Assembly (NCBI GenBank): GCA_020137815.1
Contig: CM035362.1
Location: 6,076,001-6,140,000 of the forward strand
DNA: 64,000 nt
Reading direction: 5' to 3'
Source of the DNA: Hormiphora californensis
Taxonomy: Eukaryota > Animalia > Ctenophora
The notes under the pieces are model-generated. The model was not told the origin of the DNA and searched no databases. It saw only the letters and a program-made list of their open reading frames with translations. The translations under genes were made by a program, and so were the position numbers. Below are positions 1 to 13,629 of this stretch, piece after piece. Each line of letters opens with the position of its first letter. Within the stretch, counting starts at the first letter, position 1.

Positions 1-482
1 TCAACGAAGGTTCTTTCATTGCCAGTGGCAGCAAGACCGGCCATGATATGAAGTCGAGAACATTTCAAGGCTTTACAGTACCGAATACCTTGTTCGATTC
101 CCTCCAAGAACTGTTCCTTTCCTCCCTCTGTCGACGCGAATCCAGGCTCCTTATTTGGTCCCAAGGATGTGTTAATTAGTTCTATATACAAGGGGTAGCT
201 GTCTAATTGTTTATCCCATTCCTCGATCGACCAAGTATAAGGAAACGCAACTTCTATCGACAGAAAGCTCTTATCTGTGGCCTTTTCTAGACGCTTTCCG
301 AGAGGTCCCAGTGTCCCATCTTCTTTAAATTTATCAACAAACATTGTACCAATGTTGTAAGCGTATTTCTTCTTGATGTCCATGTTGTAAGTTGTCTCAT
401 ATGAGACCCTCCTCTCCGCACCGGGCCGCGGTGTACAGTCAGTGTAGGAAAAGTTGTAAGCGTATTTCTTCTTGATGTCCAT
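1..482 (-). CDS. HYI: Hydroxypyruvate isomerase, N-terminal part (runs off the window); in-frame ATGs at 482 and 383
   Basis: Manual translation gives MDIKKKYAYNIGTMF...SIEVAFPY...ELINTSLG...QFLEGIEQGIRYCKALKCSRLHIMAG, matching HYI motifs (EVAWPY, LINT, YAKALGCPRIHLMAG). Not in the ORF track because it is open at the window edge. Confidence 0.85.
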   Translation of the reverse strand, partial: MDIKKKYAYNFSYTDCTPRPGAERRVSYETTYNMDIKKKYAYNIGTMFVDKFKEDGTLGPLGKRLEKATDKSFLSIEVAFPYTWSIEEWDKQLDSYPLYIELINTSLGPNKEPGFASTEGGKEQFLEGIEQGIRYCKALKCSRLHIMAGLAATGNERTFV

Positions 483-504
483 GATATAGAGATATGCTAG
501 GACG

Positions 505-720
505 GCAAACTAGGGTCCAAAATTCGCAACGGGACGTCGGCACCGTGTTTTTAAAATGAAAACAACACAAAATCGCTGTAAAATTTGAAAGGTCGCTGCA
601 GCGACCTTTCAAATTTTACAGCTGCTCGAAATTGGGACGCGCGGATAAAATACGCTACGAATTTATGCGCGCCCAATTGCAGCGCTTAGACATAATACTC
701 GCGTCGGTACGATGATGCTT
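505..720 (-). promoter_or_regulatory. CpG-rich probable promoter region upstream of HYI
   Basis: Cluster of CG/GCGC words in an otherwise CpG-poor area directly 5' of HYI; positional inference only. Confidence 0.35.
575..622. repeat. Perfect 48-bp palindrome with no loop
   Basis: gctgtaaaatttgaaaggtcgctg|cagcgacctttcaaattttacagc. Confidence 0.9.
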
Positions 721-1007
721 TTCATCGATTGGGAATGATGGCCCTCTCTGTTTCAGCCATCCAGAAGTGCTTTTGCTTCAATTATCTGATACCGAGACGA
801 ACAATTAAACGAGTTTCATTAATTCTGAATAAATATTAATCTTTACAGAGATAATACACACATAAAAAAAGACTAGAACACTTTATACACACTTTTATAC
901 AGCAAAGAGAAAAAGGAAACTTTGAACACACTGATGAAAAAAGGATGGAAATCGTGAAACTAGGACAAAATATATTTACATCTGATATACAAAGTGCAAA
1001 AACACCC

Positions 1008-2566
<1,559 letters not shown>

Positions 2567-2643
2567 ACCCCTTTTCGCATTATATAGTAAGATATACAAA
2601 GTGTCTTGCCTTGTTCGACACTATTAGAACATAAAGTGTCCAG

Positions 2644-2752
2644 CGGGAACCGACCGAACCAAGTAAACAACCAATCAGAGCTCGTTATTTAGGTCACGTG
2701 ACTGGTTATCAGCCAATCAGGGACCAGTATTTCCTGATTCGGTCGGTTCCTG
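2644..2752 (+). mobile_element. About 110-bp MITE family ('YLGHVTG' repeat); other copies at 15921-15988 (split by the LINE), 19214-19305, 22391-22499, 25753-25861, 36365-36433
   Basis: TIR caggaaccgaccgaa...ttcggtcggttcctg; near-identical copies in both orientations. Confidence 0.85.
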
Positions 2753-2764
2753 GTGTCCAGCACT

Positions 2765-5700
2765 TTACAAGATAAGTATGTTCTCTCCTCCGGTATCCAG
2801 CTCTTTCTGCTGTTGTTTGGAGAGTATGTTGGTTTTACAGGTCAGTAGGGAGGTTAGATCTCGCCACATTGCCATTTGGGCCACATTCGGGACGTGCTGC
2901 TCTCGAACTGTCTTCTGTTTGGCTCGCAATGCCTGGAAGATGGAGTTAATTAGAGACCACAGTGTACACACAAGCTCCAAGTAACCAAGTGATTATAACA
3001 ACTGATCATCCAAATAATACAAGGATTGAGTGCCAACAGCCAAATACTTCTACAACTACTGCTCTTTTAAAGTAAAATTATTAATTGCCATCTACCTCTC
3101 CTCTAACTTACTTTTCCAAGATTATCCTGCTCCAGTATCTTCCGATTATACTGCTCCCTGAGGCTCTGCTTCCGTGCCGCTGGATCAGGGTTTTTGTACA
3201 CAGCCAGCTCTTCCTCAACCTTCTGCTGCTCTAACTCTAGGAGCTGAGAAAAAAGGGGGATTGTGAGTGAAGAAGACACTTTAGTGTTACATTTAGTAGT
3301 GGAAATGTAATTTTGTAGTTGTCTTGTATGTTTTCTGAACGGACAAAAAAGATTTTGCTAGTTTGAAAACATCACAATTAGTGGATTTACTGCTGGCTAC
3401 ATTTCCCACTCAGTGCACTATGGAAAAAGTAACACCAAGGTCTACTGCAGACATTTCAGAGTTTCATAATGACCTAGGATGACCCAGGATGACGCTGGGA
3501 ATATTTGAAAGAAAGACTAACCTGCTTAGAGTGCATAAGGAAATGATATTGACTTTCTTCTGCCTGGGCTGTTTCACGCATCTCCTTTACTTCTTGTTCC
3601 AGAACATGAAGATTTGATCCGAGACGAGCCGAGAGGCTGTCGTATTCAGTTTTTCGCCTGGAATGGTTAGAATTTGTCAAAAACAGGGCGGGATTAGTGA
3701 GAGATAGAGTGATCGAGATGTGGCCAAATGAGTGGGAGAAGTATGTGCTTCTTTAGATTCTTTGAGAGTTGAGACTTACTGTGCATGTAGTTGTTCTAAC
3801 TCTGAGCACTTAGCCCTCAGTGGTCGGAGTTCCTTGATGATGGGTGCCAAGGCTGCCTTCTTCTCAGCTATCATTTCATTCAGCTTATCACTCTGAGGAG
3901 AGGGTATTTTAGGCCAGGAGAGAACTATTTAATTTTCTGTACCGATGGTGAACCAATAATAAGGGGTTCCATAATGTATTGAATCAGTTTCTTACCATAT
4001 CAGACATGTCCTCTAAAATCTTTCCCTTCGCTTCATCGACAGCACCCTTTTGAGATGAAATCTTCTCCAGTTCGTCCTGTGCATCAGTAAAACCAGCGAT
4101 ACCTTTGTCTTTCTCTGTTTGAGACTGAAATAGGTTTGTGTTAGAGGGACATGGTATACCTGGTACTGTTGTTACTAACAGTTACACAGCTTCGATTTTA
4201 CCAGAATTAACAGGTCACAATTACAAAAACAGACATGAACATCATTGAAGTCCTGCAGCCATGGATGCCGCACGAGTCAAGCAGCACCGCTTCCAAGCTG
4301 TGTTATTTGCAGTGTGTTGCGCGTACCGGATCGTCATCCAAAATGCTATAACTTGTTGCCTCTCATTACAGCGCGCGCGTTTAGACAGTGCGCGCACGCG
4401 AATGTACGGTAGCTAACGGAGTGTACACACTAACAACAATTTGAGTGTAAACTTACAGTATGACGTAATTAGATCTTTTGACAACTTACAATTAATTGTT
4501 TGACATCGCTGTATTGATGCTGAAGGATATCGGCTGTTCGTGCAAGGACCCCGACTTCAGCTCTTAGATCTGCCATCTGTCGAGAAAAGATTAGATGTTA
4601 AAGTTTCCTCAGACAAAATTGAGATAAAAGGGACTAATATTTGGGAATGAATCGAATTGAACAATATTAATCTCACCTCTGCACGCCTAGCTTTGTAAAC
4701 AGTGCTCTTCTGTCGAATATCAGCAATATATTTCTTCAGCTCAGTCCCAGTCATTACTGTCTCTGCTCCAACACTCTTCATTTCTTGTCGTTTACGGGCC
4801 AGTTCAGATTCCGCATCATTATACTGGGAAACAGTACGGTTAGATATGTCCCATATGTACAGGGTGTTACACCAAAAACTTGACTTGAGATCAGAGAGAA
4901 GATTAGGAAGGTCGTCTTCGAGCTGAAAAACAGCTCTCACGATAGGACACGCTTCAAACCTTTTCATCACATTAAAAAGACAGTCAGCTGTTCGTCAGAA
5001 TCAGGGTCATAATTACGTCAGTTTCAGTTATCATATTACGTCAGTTTCAGTTGTCACATGTTGTCAGTTTCAGTTGTCACAGTTTGTCTCAGTTATCACA
5101 GTTGGTATGTTGAGTTAATACCTCGTTCATGCATTCCTTTAGTTCTTCAGCGAGTGCCTCTTTCTTTCGTGAGATCATTAGGGCCTGAGTGTAAAGTAAC
5201 TGGTTAGTGGTTAGCAAAACGGGAGATACAGCTGAAACAATGTGTACTGTTAATAAGTTCAATTTGTAACTGTTGATTAATTCAATTAGTAATTGTCCAA
5301 TTAGTACTAATTGGCCCCCTGTTACCTGTTTCCTAAACATGACTAGTTTCTCGTCCGCATTATCACTTTTAGCCATCCTTTGTTGATGCAGCTCGTTTAG
5401 TTCAGTTTGGAGGTCAGAACTCCGATCTACCAACTCCTCAACATCATCTTCAGACATGGCCGGTTCCAGGAGAACTTTCTGTGGCGAGAAATACGTTTAG
5501 AAAGGGGGGATTACGAGGGTGTCAAGGAGCACTTTCTGAAGGGGGGATTTCTCTGTTTCTGTGGCGAGAATGTGTTACATGAGGAAGATGATTGCGAGGG
5601 GGTTCCAGGAGCTGTTAGAAAAGGGAAAACAGAACAGAGATAGGGTTCGAACTACTCGCCACCTCATTCCAATTAGTTAACTAATTAACTAGTACCTGAA

Positions 5701-5912
5701 GGCTGTTACAAGCTTTCCTCTTGTTGGCTATCTCCTTCGGTAATTTCTCCTCCACAAGATAAACACAACTCTTGTGTTCTTCTTCCAGTCGGCTCATTAG
5801 TTTGTCAACAGACATGTTCTGAGATGCCATCTTCATTTCTGGAGGGGGGAGGGAGGGAGTTGATGAGGGAGAGGGGAGAGTGTGTGTGTGAGAGAGAGAG
5901 AGAGAGAGATAG

Positions 5913-5986
<74 letters not shown>

Positions 5987-8481
5987 ACGAAAAGGAGAGA
6001 TAGGTATTCCCGATTCTAAAATGCAAGGGAGTGCTTGGGTTGCGAAGAAAGTACAACCTGTGTAACCTGTGTTCCGACTACTTACCTTTTAGTTGGCCCA
6101 TCAGACGTTGAACCTTAGCATCTGCGGCCTGAATTGCAGCACTAATGGTTGCCCTCTGTTCTACCATCCCATTGGACCTCTCCTGCTCTCTACGGAGTGA
6201 TCGGGCCGCACCCAGTAACTCCGTCATGTTGGCCATCGATTCAATCTGTGGTAGGATGTTAGGTTGTTATGAGACATGTTATGAGACATGTTAGGATGTT
6301 GTGAGACATGTTTAACATTAGGAGACATGTTAGATTGTTAAATGAGACATGTTATGAGACATGTTACAAGACATGTTAGGATGTTGTGAGACATGTTAGG
6401 ATGTTAAATGAGACCTCACTCTGATCTTTACTCACCCTATTCTTTTTCCTCTCAATAGTTTTCACCAACTGACCATGCTCCTGTTCCATCTGGCTGATAT
6501 CCCGTTTAATATCAGCTGCTGTATATTTGTTGGATTTCAGCTGATCTGTTGCCTTGTGAACCGTCTTAAACTCCTCTAGAAGCTCCAGGTACTGAGGGTT
6601 GGAGAGAGGGTTAAGTGGTTGGAGAGAGGGTTAAGTAGTTGGAGGTGGTAGATATCCCAACCCCCTCCCATCACCTCCTGACCCCCGGCCAGGCTCCAAT
6701 CCCCCTCTATAACATGTTATTTACCTCCTGATACCTCCCCATACCTCCCTATAACATGTACCTCGTTATAGTTCCTCTCCACTTCATCGGGGGGGATCCC
6801 ATGGTATACTTTGGTATACTTTGGTATACTTTGGTATATGGAAAATCCCAAAAAAATATGTGGAAAGTACCAAAGTATACCAAAGTATACCATATCTTTT
6901 TAATAACTTTAAAGTACTTTAAAGTGTTAATTTACAACAGTTAAGGCTTTAAAACATTTTATATAAACTTTCTTGACTCATAAAATTGGACAATGGTGCT
7001 TAATAGGCTAAATTCATAGAATCGAGGGAAAATATTACCTATAAAATGGTGAGTCAGAAAACTGGGGTTTGACAAATTGGGACCCATTTGAGTATGATAA
7101 AAAAACTTTTAAAAAGTCAAGAAAATGTTCAAATAGTATTTGGTAAAGTCTCCAAAAATTTTTCAAAAATTGCCTTCACCGGGAATCGAACCCGAGTGGC
7201 AAGCCTAGAAGCACTAGCCGGATGATGTAACAAAAACGTAAAAATCGGTTTAATAAGCGTTATATTACCAACTTATAAAGAAATAAGGATGTAGTTTTAC
7301 AAATTTAGTCATTTATGTTAACTTATCGCTTAAATTTTACCTTTTTCAAAATTTTTATGGTATACTTTGGTATACTTTGGTATACTTTGGTATACTTTGG
7401 TATATGGAAAATCGCTGAAAAAGTTGTGGAAAGTGCCAAAGTATACCAAAGTATGCCATGGGATCCCCCCCACTTCATCGTCCTGCAGTATCTCCTCCCT
7501 CCCTACCTCTCCCATACCTACCCCTCCCTCTATAACACATACCTCCTTCTTCCCCCACCCCTCTAACACGAAGCTCCCTACTCCTCCCTCTAACACTAAA
7601 TACATACCTCGTTATAGTTCCTCTCCACCTCATCGTCCTGCAGTATCTCCTCCCTCCCTACCTCTCCCATACCTACCCCTCCCTCTATAACACATACCTC
7701 CTTCTTCCCCCACCCCTCTAACACGAAGCTCCCTACTCCTCCCTCTAACACTAAATACATACCTCGTTATAGTTCCTCTCCACTTCATCATCCTGCAAGA
7801 TCTCCTCTGGAACCTCTAACTTAACCAGATACCTCCCCAGATAGGCTCTAGTCTTCAGTGCCTCAACCTTTGGTAACACCCACGCTAAGGTCTGGTACAC
7901 CACACTCTTCTCCCCGGTTATTATCCCCGCTTGGAATTCTTGGACACTGCACTCTGGGGAGTACTTTAGGACAGATAGGAATTTCAACATCCGGTGGGCC
8001 ATGTCTTCTGGGGTCTCCTCTCGAAGGTCCATTTTGTTCTGGGGAGGAGGAGCGGGTGTTGAGTTGTGGGGAGGAGGGGGTGCGTGTGTTAGCCTAACAA
8101 TGATAGGGGTGTGAGTTGTGAAATATGGAGAGGAAGACAGAAGAGGTGTTCTGGGAAGGATGGGGTGTTAGGGGGTGTTGAGTTGTAAAATGTGAGGAGG
8201 AGGAGGAGGGTGGCAGGGGAAACTTTTCACGTTTCAATATCTCAACACCAATAGGAGGTGTTGAGATATTGAAACGTGAAAAGTTGGAAGAATGAGGGTT
8301 GTGTCTTGTGTGTTTTCTAAACCGGCAAAAACAGATTTTGCTAGTTTGAAGACATCACAATTAGAGGATTTACTGCTGGCTACATTTCCCACTCAGTGCA
8401 CTATGGAAAAAGTAACACCAAGGTCTACTGCAGACAATAAAAAAGGATATAATTGATAGGGAGGAATACGAAAAATGTTTA

Positions 8482-8551
<70 letters not shown>

Positions 8552-8564
8552 GAGATAGAGAGAT

Positions 8565-8643
<79 letters not shown>

Positions 8644-8802
8644 AAGAGAAAGACTTACGGTAGGGTCGATGTAGGTAAAGACATCATTCAGGACTTGTAA
8701 CAGCTGGAGTGGCTCCAAATTATCAAAACTGATGATGTTGAAAGCCTTACTGAATGGATCTTTGTTGAGAACCTCTACTATCGCCTTTACTTGTTCAGCC
8801 AT
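2765..8802 (-). CDS. IFT81: Intraflagellar transport protein 81, 14 coding exons, about 668 aa
   Basis: Exons 8802-8659, 8038-7763, 6591-6436, 6245-6086, 5838-5696, 5478-5326, 5184-5122, 4823-4677, 4576-4490, 4124-3996, 3892-3780, 3657-3522, 3243-3112, 2932-2765. All GT-AG and phase-consistent (2007 nt). Peptides [43 protein letters not shown] and MWRDL...GGENILIL match IFT81. Confidence 0.97.
3320..3453 (-). ncRNA. Structured ~135-nt intronic element (H/ACA-snoRNA-like or MITE), copy 1; copy 2 at 8302-8436
   Basis: Two near-identical same-orientation copies in IFT81 introns 12 and 1. Two hairpins followed by ACA on the host-sense strand, but no clean H box. Confidence 0.3.
6789..7471. mobile_element. 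MITE with TIR ggggggatcccatggtatactttgg and 8-10 bp TSD (c)acttcatc(g); Mutator/hAT-like
   Basis: TSD at 6780/6781-6788 and 7471/7472-7480; 10-bp tatactttgg subrepeats; contains a tRNA B-box-like fragment at about 7171-7196. Confidence 0.85.
8221..8285. repeat. Perfect hairpin with 29-bp stem and 7-nt loop, IFT81 intron 1
   Basis: aacttttcacgtttcaatatctcaacacc-aatagga-ggtgttgagatattgaaacgtgaaaagtt. Confidence 0.9.
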
Positions 8803-10799
8803 AGCTGCACTACAAGGGAGAGAGAGAGAGAGGGGTTTTTAGGAGTGTTGGGGGATTACAGTTGCCAGAGAAGAGGGGTCTATATAGTTGCTATTGAGTT
8901 GTTGGGGTATGTCGCTTAGTTTCACACGGACGGGACTATTCAATCTAGATAATAACAGATACACGAAAGAAAGGACACATTTTATCTGTGTTGTGGGTAA
9001 TCAATGCAACATAACATCAGTGTACACTTGCTATTTATACCAAAATTATATAACTCAATAAATTTACACACAAAATAAAGGAACCCAAAAGAAAATAGAG
9101 AAATCTGAAGATCATGCACTGGCCTACTTTATTGATCCACTAATCCATGCTGTATGGATGTATTACATAACGTTTTAACTTCTAAATCATTCTTGTACAA
9201 GACAATATTGTTAAATAGGTGTGGTATTCAATACAATGAAGATCCAGCTTCTGACGTGTGTGTGACGATAAATAGCGTTCGATTTAATCCGGGAAAGTTA
9301 GGGAGAATATCAAGAAATGAGGAGTTGTAATCAAGGTGAGATATGTAGTATCAGGAGGAAGTATATCTGGAAGATGCAGCGAGAGAGGGCGGCATCAGGG
9401 GGAAATATTAGGGGTGATGATCCGGTCTACTTCCGGTGAACAACGTAGTGGTAGAGTAACACCTGGGGAGGGTGGAGATTTATTAAAAGGTGGATCGAAA
9501 AGGTGTGTGTTTGGATCAGAGCATCAGGGTGGGGTAGGGGTTATTTTGTTCAATTTAGTAGTATAAAATCGAGCAAAGCAGGATGTTATTAACAAAATAG
9601 ACAAAATTACAAAGCGTTGAGGGATCATTTAGGCCATCGAAATCATGGGCCTCGATTAGTATTTAAAGTCTGCGATTGAAAGGTTATTCAAACGATTGGA
9701 CATAATGAGCTAATAACTACGGTTTTCTCAAGACGATTATTCTTTTGTAAGGTGTTAAAAAATACTAGCCAATATAAACGAATTGAAGATGACCCTTAAT
9801 CCACATGTTCGCACTCCAAACCATGGTCAAAAGCTCGAGAATTTCCTTAAAAACGAAAAATATCCCAAAAATCAATTTTCTAAAAAAACACAAGGATTTG
9901 TAGCGAAGCAAATTTTCAATCCTTGACCAAAAAATTGATTTTGGGAAAATTTTATTTCTTTTTTCAACAGAAACGTTGTACATTATCTTATTAAGTCCAA
10001 AGAATCGATTACCAATTTAAAAATTACGTTTAAGTGAGGTTTTATACGCTAAATTGAAATATTTGTAACTTTTGGAATTTTATCGATTTTGAGCCAAAAA
10101 ACCTGTATGTCGGACTTTGGTTACCGGAAAAGGCCTTGTTTGGGTATAAATGCGTTAGATAATTCATTAAACTATAAAATTAAACCAGTTAAAGTCGTAT
10201 TATCAACCAATAAGAACAGTCTTTTAGCATTTGTTAATTTTGTTAATTTTGTTAATTAACGTTAATTAACAAAATCGAAAAAAAGAGGTGATTTATTAAC
10301 AATTAACATGTCCCCCCCCCCCCCATATATTTTATCATGTGAAGGGTGTTATAAAATCCCAATCTAGTTATATAAGACCTAAGAGGGGGGGGGGTGACGC
10401 CCTGATGGGTCCAGAAAGTTAAGACTTGTCACACCCATGGGTCCAGGAAGTTGAGACATGTTAGAACATGTTTAAAGAACATGTTAAAACTCACCATAAC
10501 AAACAGTAGCACTCCCATTGAGTTGCACAGCATTGATACGCAGGCATCACGTGACACACCATATTTGGGCATCACGTGACACATGTTAAACTCACCATAA
10601 CAAACAGTAGCACTCCCATTGAGTTGCATAGCATTGACAGTTGCACGTCCGTTACCATTATGTCACTATGAGAAATAGTGAGGTGTTTAGAAGTGTTAGA
10701 TTTTATATCTTTTAGGATAGCCTTTTTTCCCACTTGTCTCTCCCAAACTTTTATATGTTTATCTAAGAGAGCGATGATTTAATGAAATATGCGAGAGAT

Positions 10800-10800
10800 T

Positions 10801-10846
<46 letters not shown>

Positions 10847-10889
10847 AGATTAAAAGAGAGAGAGAGATAGAGATAGAGAGAGTGAGATT

Positions 10890-10953
<64 letters not shown>

Positions 10954-10988
10954 AGTGAGAGAGAGAGAGGGGAGTGAGAGAAAGAGAA

Positions 10989-11073
<85 letters not shown>
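10800..11073. repeat. (GA)n microsatellite; similar (GA)/(CT) tracts at 5891-5990, 8484-8650, 21364-21460, 31822-32170, 33307-33385, 36176-36280
   Basis: Read directly; source of the (SL)n and (ER)n ORFs in the track. Confidence 0.95.
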
Positions 11074-11076
<3 letters not shown>

Positions 11077-11126
11077 TATGCATGCTCGGGGGATATTATT
11101 AAAACATTCTCATTCCCCCAACTACT

Positions 11127-12032
11127 ATGATTCGTTTTGTGTTGCTTGCCACCCTCCTACTATTCCCTGCTGCCCTTGGCAAACAGTGTACACTGTTGGT
11201 AGTTGCTGAGCTAAACCGTGATAGTACGGGGCCACCTTACTCTTTTCTAACAATCGTCAAGGATGTAAGTAAATAGGGAGAGTTTGTTACTTTAACTAAG
11301 AGAACAAGGGGGAGATAGTGAGAGTTTGTTACTTTTACTAAGAGAACAAGGAGATATGAGGCCTGATTTTCAGCGATAGGTAGATGTTGTTAGTTCAATG
11401 AAGAGAAAAACTTCTTGCCAAGTCCGTCCCACTGCAGAACTTAACAGTACTAGATTGTTTTGCATTACTCCTATATGAATTACTGGGAACTTTCCTAGGT
11501 AAAGGAAGATGCGACACTAATTGATATTATGGACTCTGCTGAGAACCAGGGATTTACCTACGAGGCAAGTTGGCACGGACAATGGGGTGCATTCATTGAC
11601 ACAGTAAATGGTGTCTACGCAGACAGTGGAAAGAGACAGTTTTGGAACATTATGGTCGGGCTACCAGGTAATATCACGTGACACACCATATTTGGACATC
11701 ACGTGACACACACCATATTTGGGTATCACGTGACACACAACATATTTGGGCATCACGGGACACACAACACCATATTTGGGCATCACGTGACACACCATAC
11801 ATTTGGGCATCACGTGACACACCATATATATTTGGGCATCACGTGACACACCATAACATCATACCATAACACATCACTTGACACACCATATATTTGGGCA
11901 TCAACCACCCCATATATTTCAGGAGAGGTCATGAAGGCATCGCCACTAGGAGCAAGCAGCTATAAACCGAGAGATGGCGAGAGAGTGCTCTTTAGACTAA
12001 AAACTTGGGGAGATGGAAACGATCACTATTGA
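11127..12032 (+). CDS. Secreted 138-aa protein: signal peptide plus transcobalamin/intrinsic-factor C-terminal beta domain (DUF4430-like)
   Basis: Exons 11127-11264, 11499-11667, 11923-12032 are phase-consistent. MIRFVLLATLLLFPAALG signal; FTYEASWHGQWGAFIDTVNGV..RQFW..GASSYKPRDGERVLF fits the beta-domain pattern WG.FI..ING...YW...G...Y.P..GE.I.F. Confidence 0.8.
11672..11902. repeat. About 27-bp minisatellite ccatatttgggcatcacgtgacaca; dispersed relatives at 10544, 22081 (reverse), 26768, 28008, 28414
   Basis: Tandem units read directly; each carries TCACGTGA. Confidence 0.85.
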
Positions 12033-12439
12033 CCATCACTAAAAACTTGGGGAGATGGAAACGATCACTACTGACCATTGTTACAGTAGTGGACTGAGAA
12101 CATTTTATTACGATTTTTCTTCTTAAAATTGTATGGGAATGAAATTCTTAAGATGAAAATGTCTAGTTAATTTGATATCTAGTTTGCACCACCAACCCTA
12201 CCAACCGGACCACCCCCCCTCGAGATTTTGTGAAAACACAGAAGAAAAGATAGAAGACTGCTCAGTTTTGATACCACACCAACCAGATCCCCTCCCCCTG
12301 AAGACACAGAAAAAAAGAGAGAAGACTGCTCCCCCCCCCCTCCCCCTCGTGGTGGTGGCCTCCCCCTGAAAACACAGAAGAAAAAATAGAAGACGGCTCA
12401 GTTTTGATAAATAAAAAGCGCGATCAAGTAAAAGCATTT

Positions 12440-13485
12440 CTAATCTTCCTCGGGCAGTTCGTCAATGTTTGTTTTCTCGCTGACGTACACTCCATCGAGG
12501 AACTTTCTGATATCCTTGTTTTTCACCTGTAATTAAACAAGGAATTAAACACCTGTGTGTGGAAGGGGTCCGGTTAGCATAATGGAGTTTTAGTTCGTGA
12601 AACTGAAATCTAGCTTTGAATCTGAAATCTAGCTTTGAAACTTGAAATATATAATATCAGACTGTCAGTTAAAAAAAGACCAAATATGGATTATCTCTTA
12701 CCGTCGTTGACTGCTGAATGAGAGCGGCAGATCGGGAAACATTCTCAATATCATTTCCCTCCAACATAATCTCATCCTTATTTCCGGTGGGCTTGCAGGT
12801 CACTCCGGGCAACAGGTTCACTTTCCTAACGAATTTCTCTCCCAGGAAGTTGTGTACCTCGACCTGCGGGGAATAGAAACCTGTATTATAAGTATCAGAT
12901 GTATGTGATTTAACACTAGCAGAATCTTTCACTGATTAGGGGCTCCTAATTTAAATGAGAGAGTCTCACACACACATACCAGGGTGTTGTCGTTGATGAT
13001 GTTAATGTTGATGGGGAAATGTGCGTACACACTCTTCATCTTGTATTTATAACCCTGTCGCACTCCGGTGAACATGTTCTCAATGTGAGAGCAGATGGTT
13101 CGAACACAAGCAATGGCCTTCCTGGAGGGGGGGGAAACGGGTCACGTACAGAAAGAAGGAAGAGGGAAATGGATCATATATAGAGACAAGGACGAGGGAA
13201 ATGGGTCATATATAGAGATGCAGGGAAATAATGGGTCACGGGGAGGGGTGAGATTTCAATATTTCTAGAAGGGGGAATAGAATGTCTCTATTAATCTGCT
13301 CACCTGTTAGCGAACCACACTCGGATGGTAATGGATGATTTATTGGGGATCAACTCGCACTGGAGATGCTTGAAGTTCTTCTTCAAGATACCCCGAGGCC
13401 CAGCCACGGTCACGATTCGTCGGTCAATAGTCACCTTGCATTCCGCCGGGATGTTAATTGAATCACTAACCTCAATCTGCTTCAT
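12440..13485 (-). CDS. RPL9: 60S ribosomal protein L9 (uL6), 4 exons, 190 aa
   Basis: Exons 13485-13304, 13121-12980, 12863-12702, 12526-12440; motifs [51 protein letters not shown]. Confidence 0.97.
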
Positions 13486-13629
13486 GACGCAGCTTCATGG
13501 GAGGGATAAAAAGTTTTATGAAGGAGCAGGGGGGGGGAGGAGGGAGATAGTGTACACGGTTAACAAAAACACATAGATCTGTTTCAGATAAATAAAAAGA
13601 ATCCGCCAAAATGCTAAAAGTGATCCTCC

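Noticed and set aside
7171-7200. tRNA-like T-arm and acceptor fragment (gggttcgattcccggtgaaggca on the minus strand)
   Set aside because: Only the 3' part is present, inside a MITE; no cloverleaf.
9180-9630. Short signal-peptide-like ORF MIPQRFVILSILLITSCFA... on the minus strand
   Set aside because: Stops after 34 codons; no consistent exon chain or homology found.
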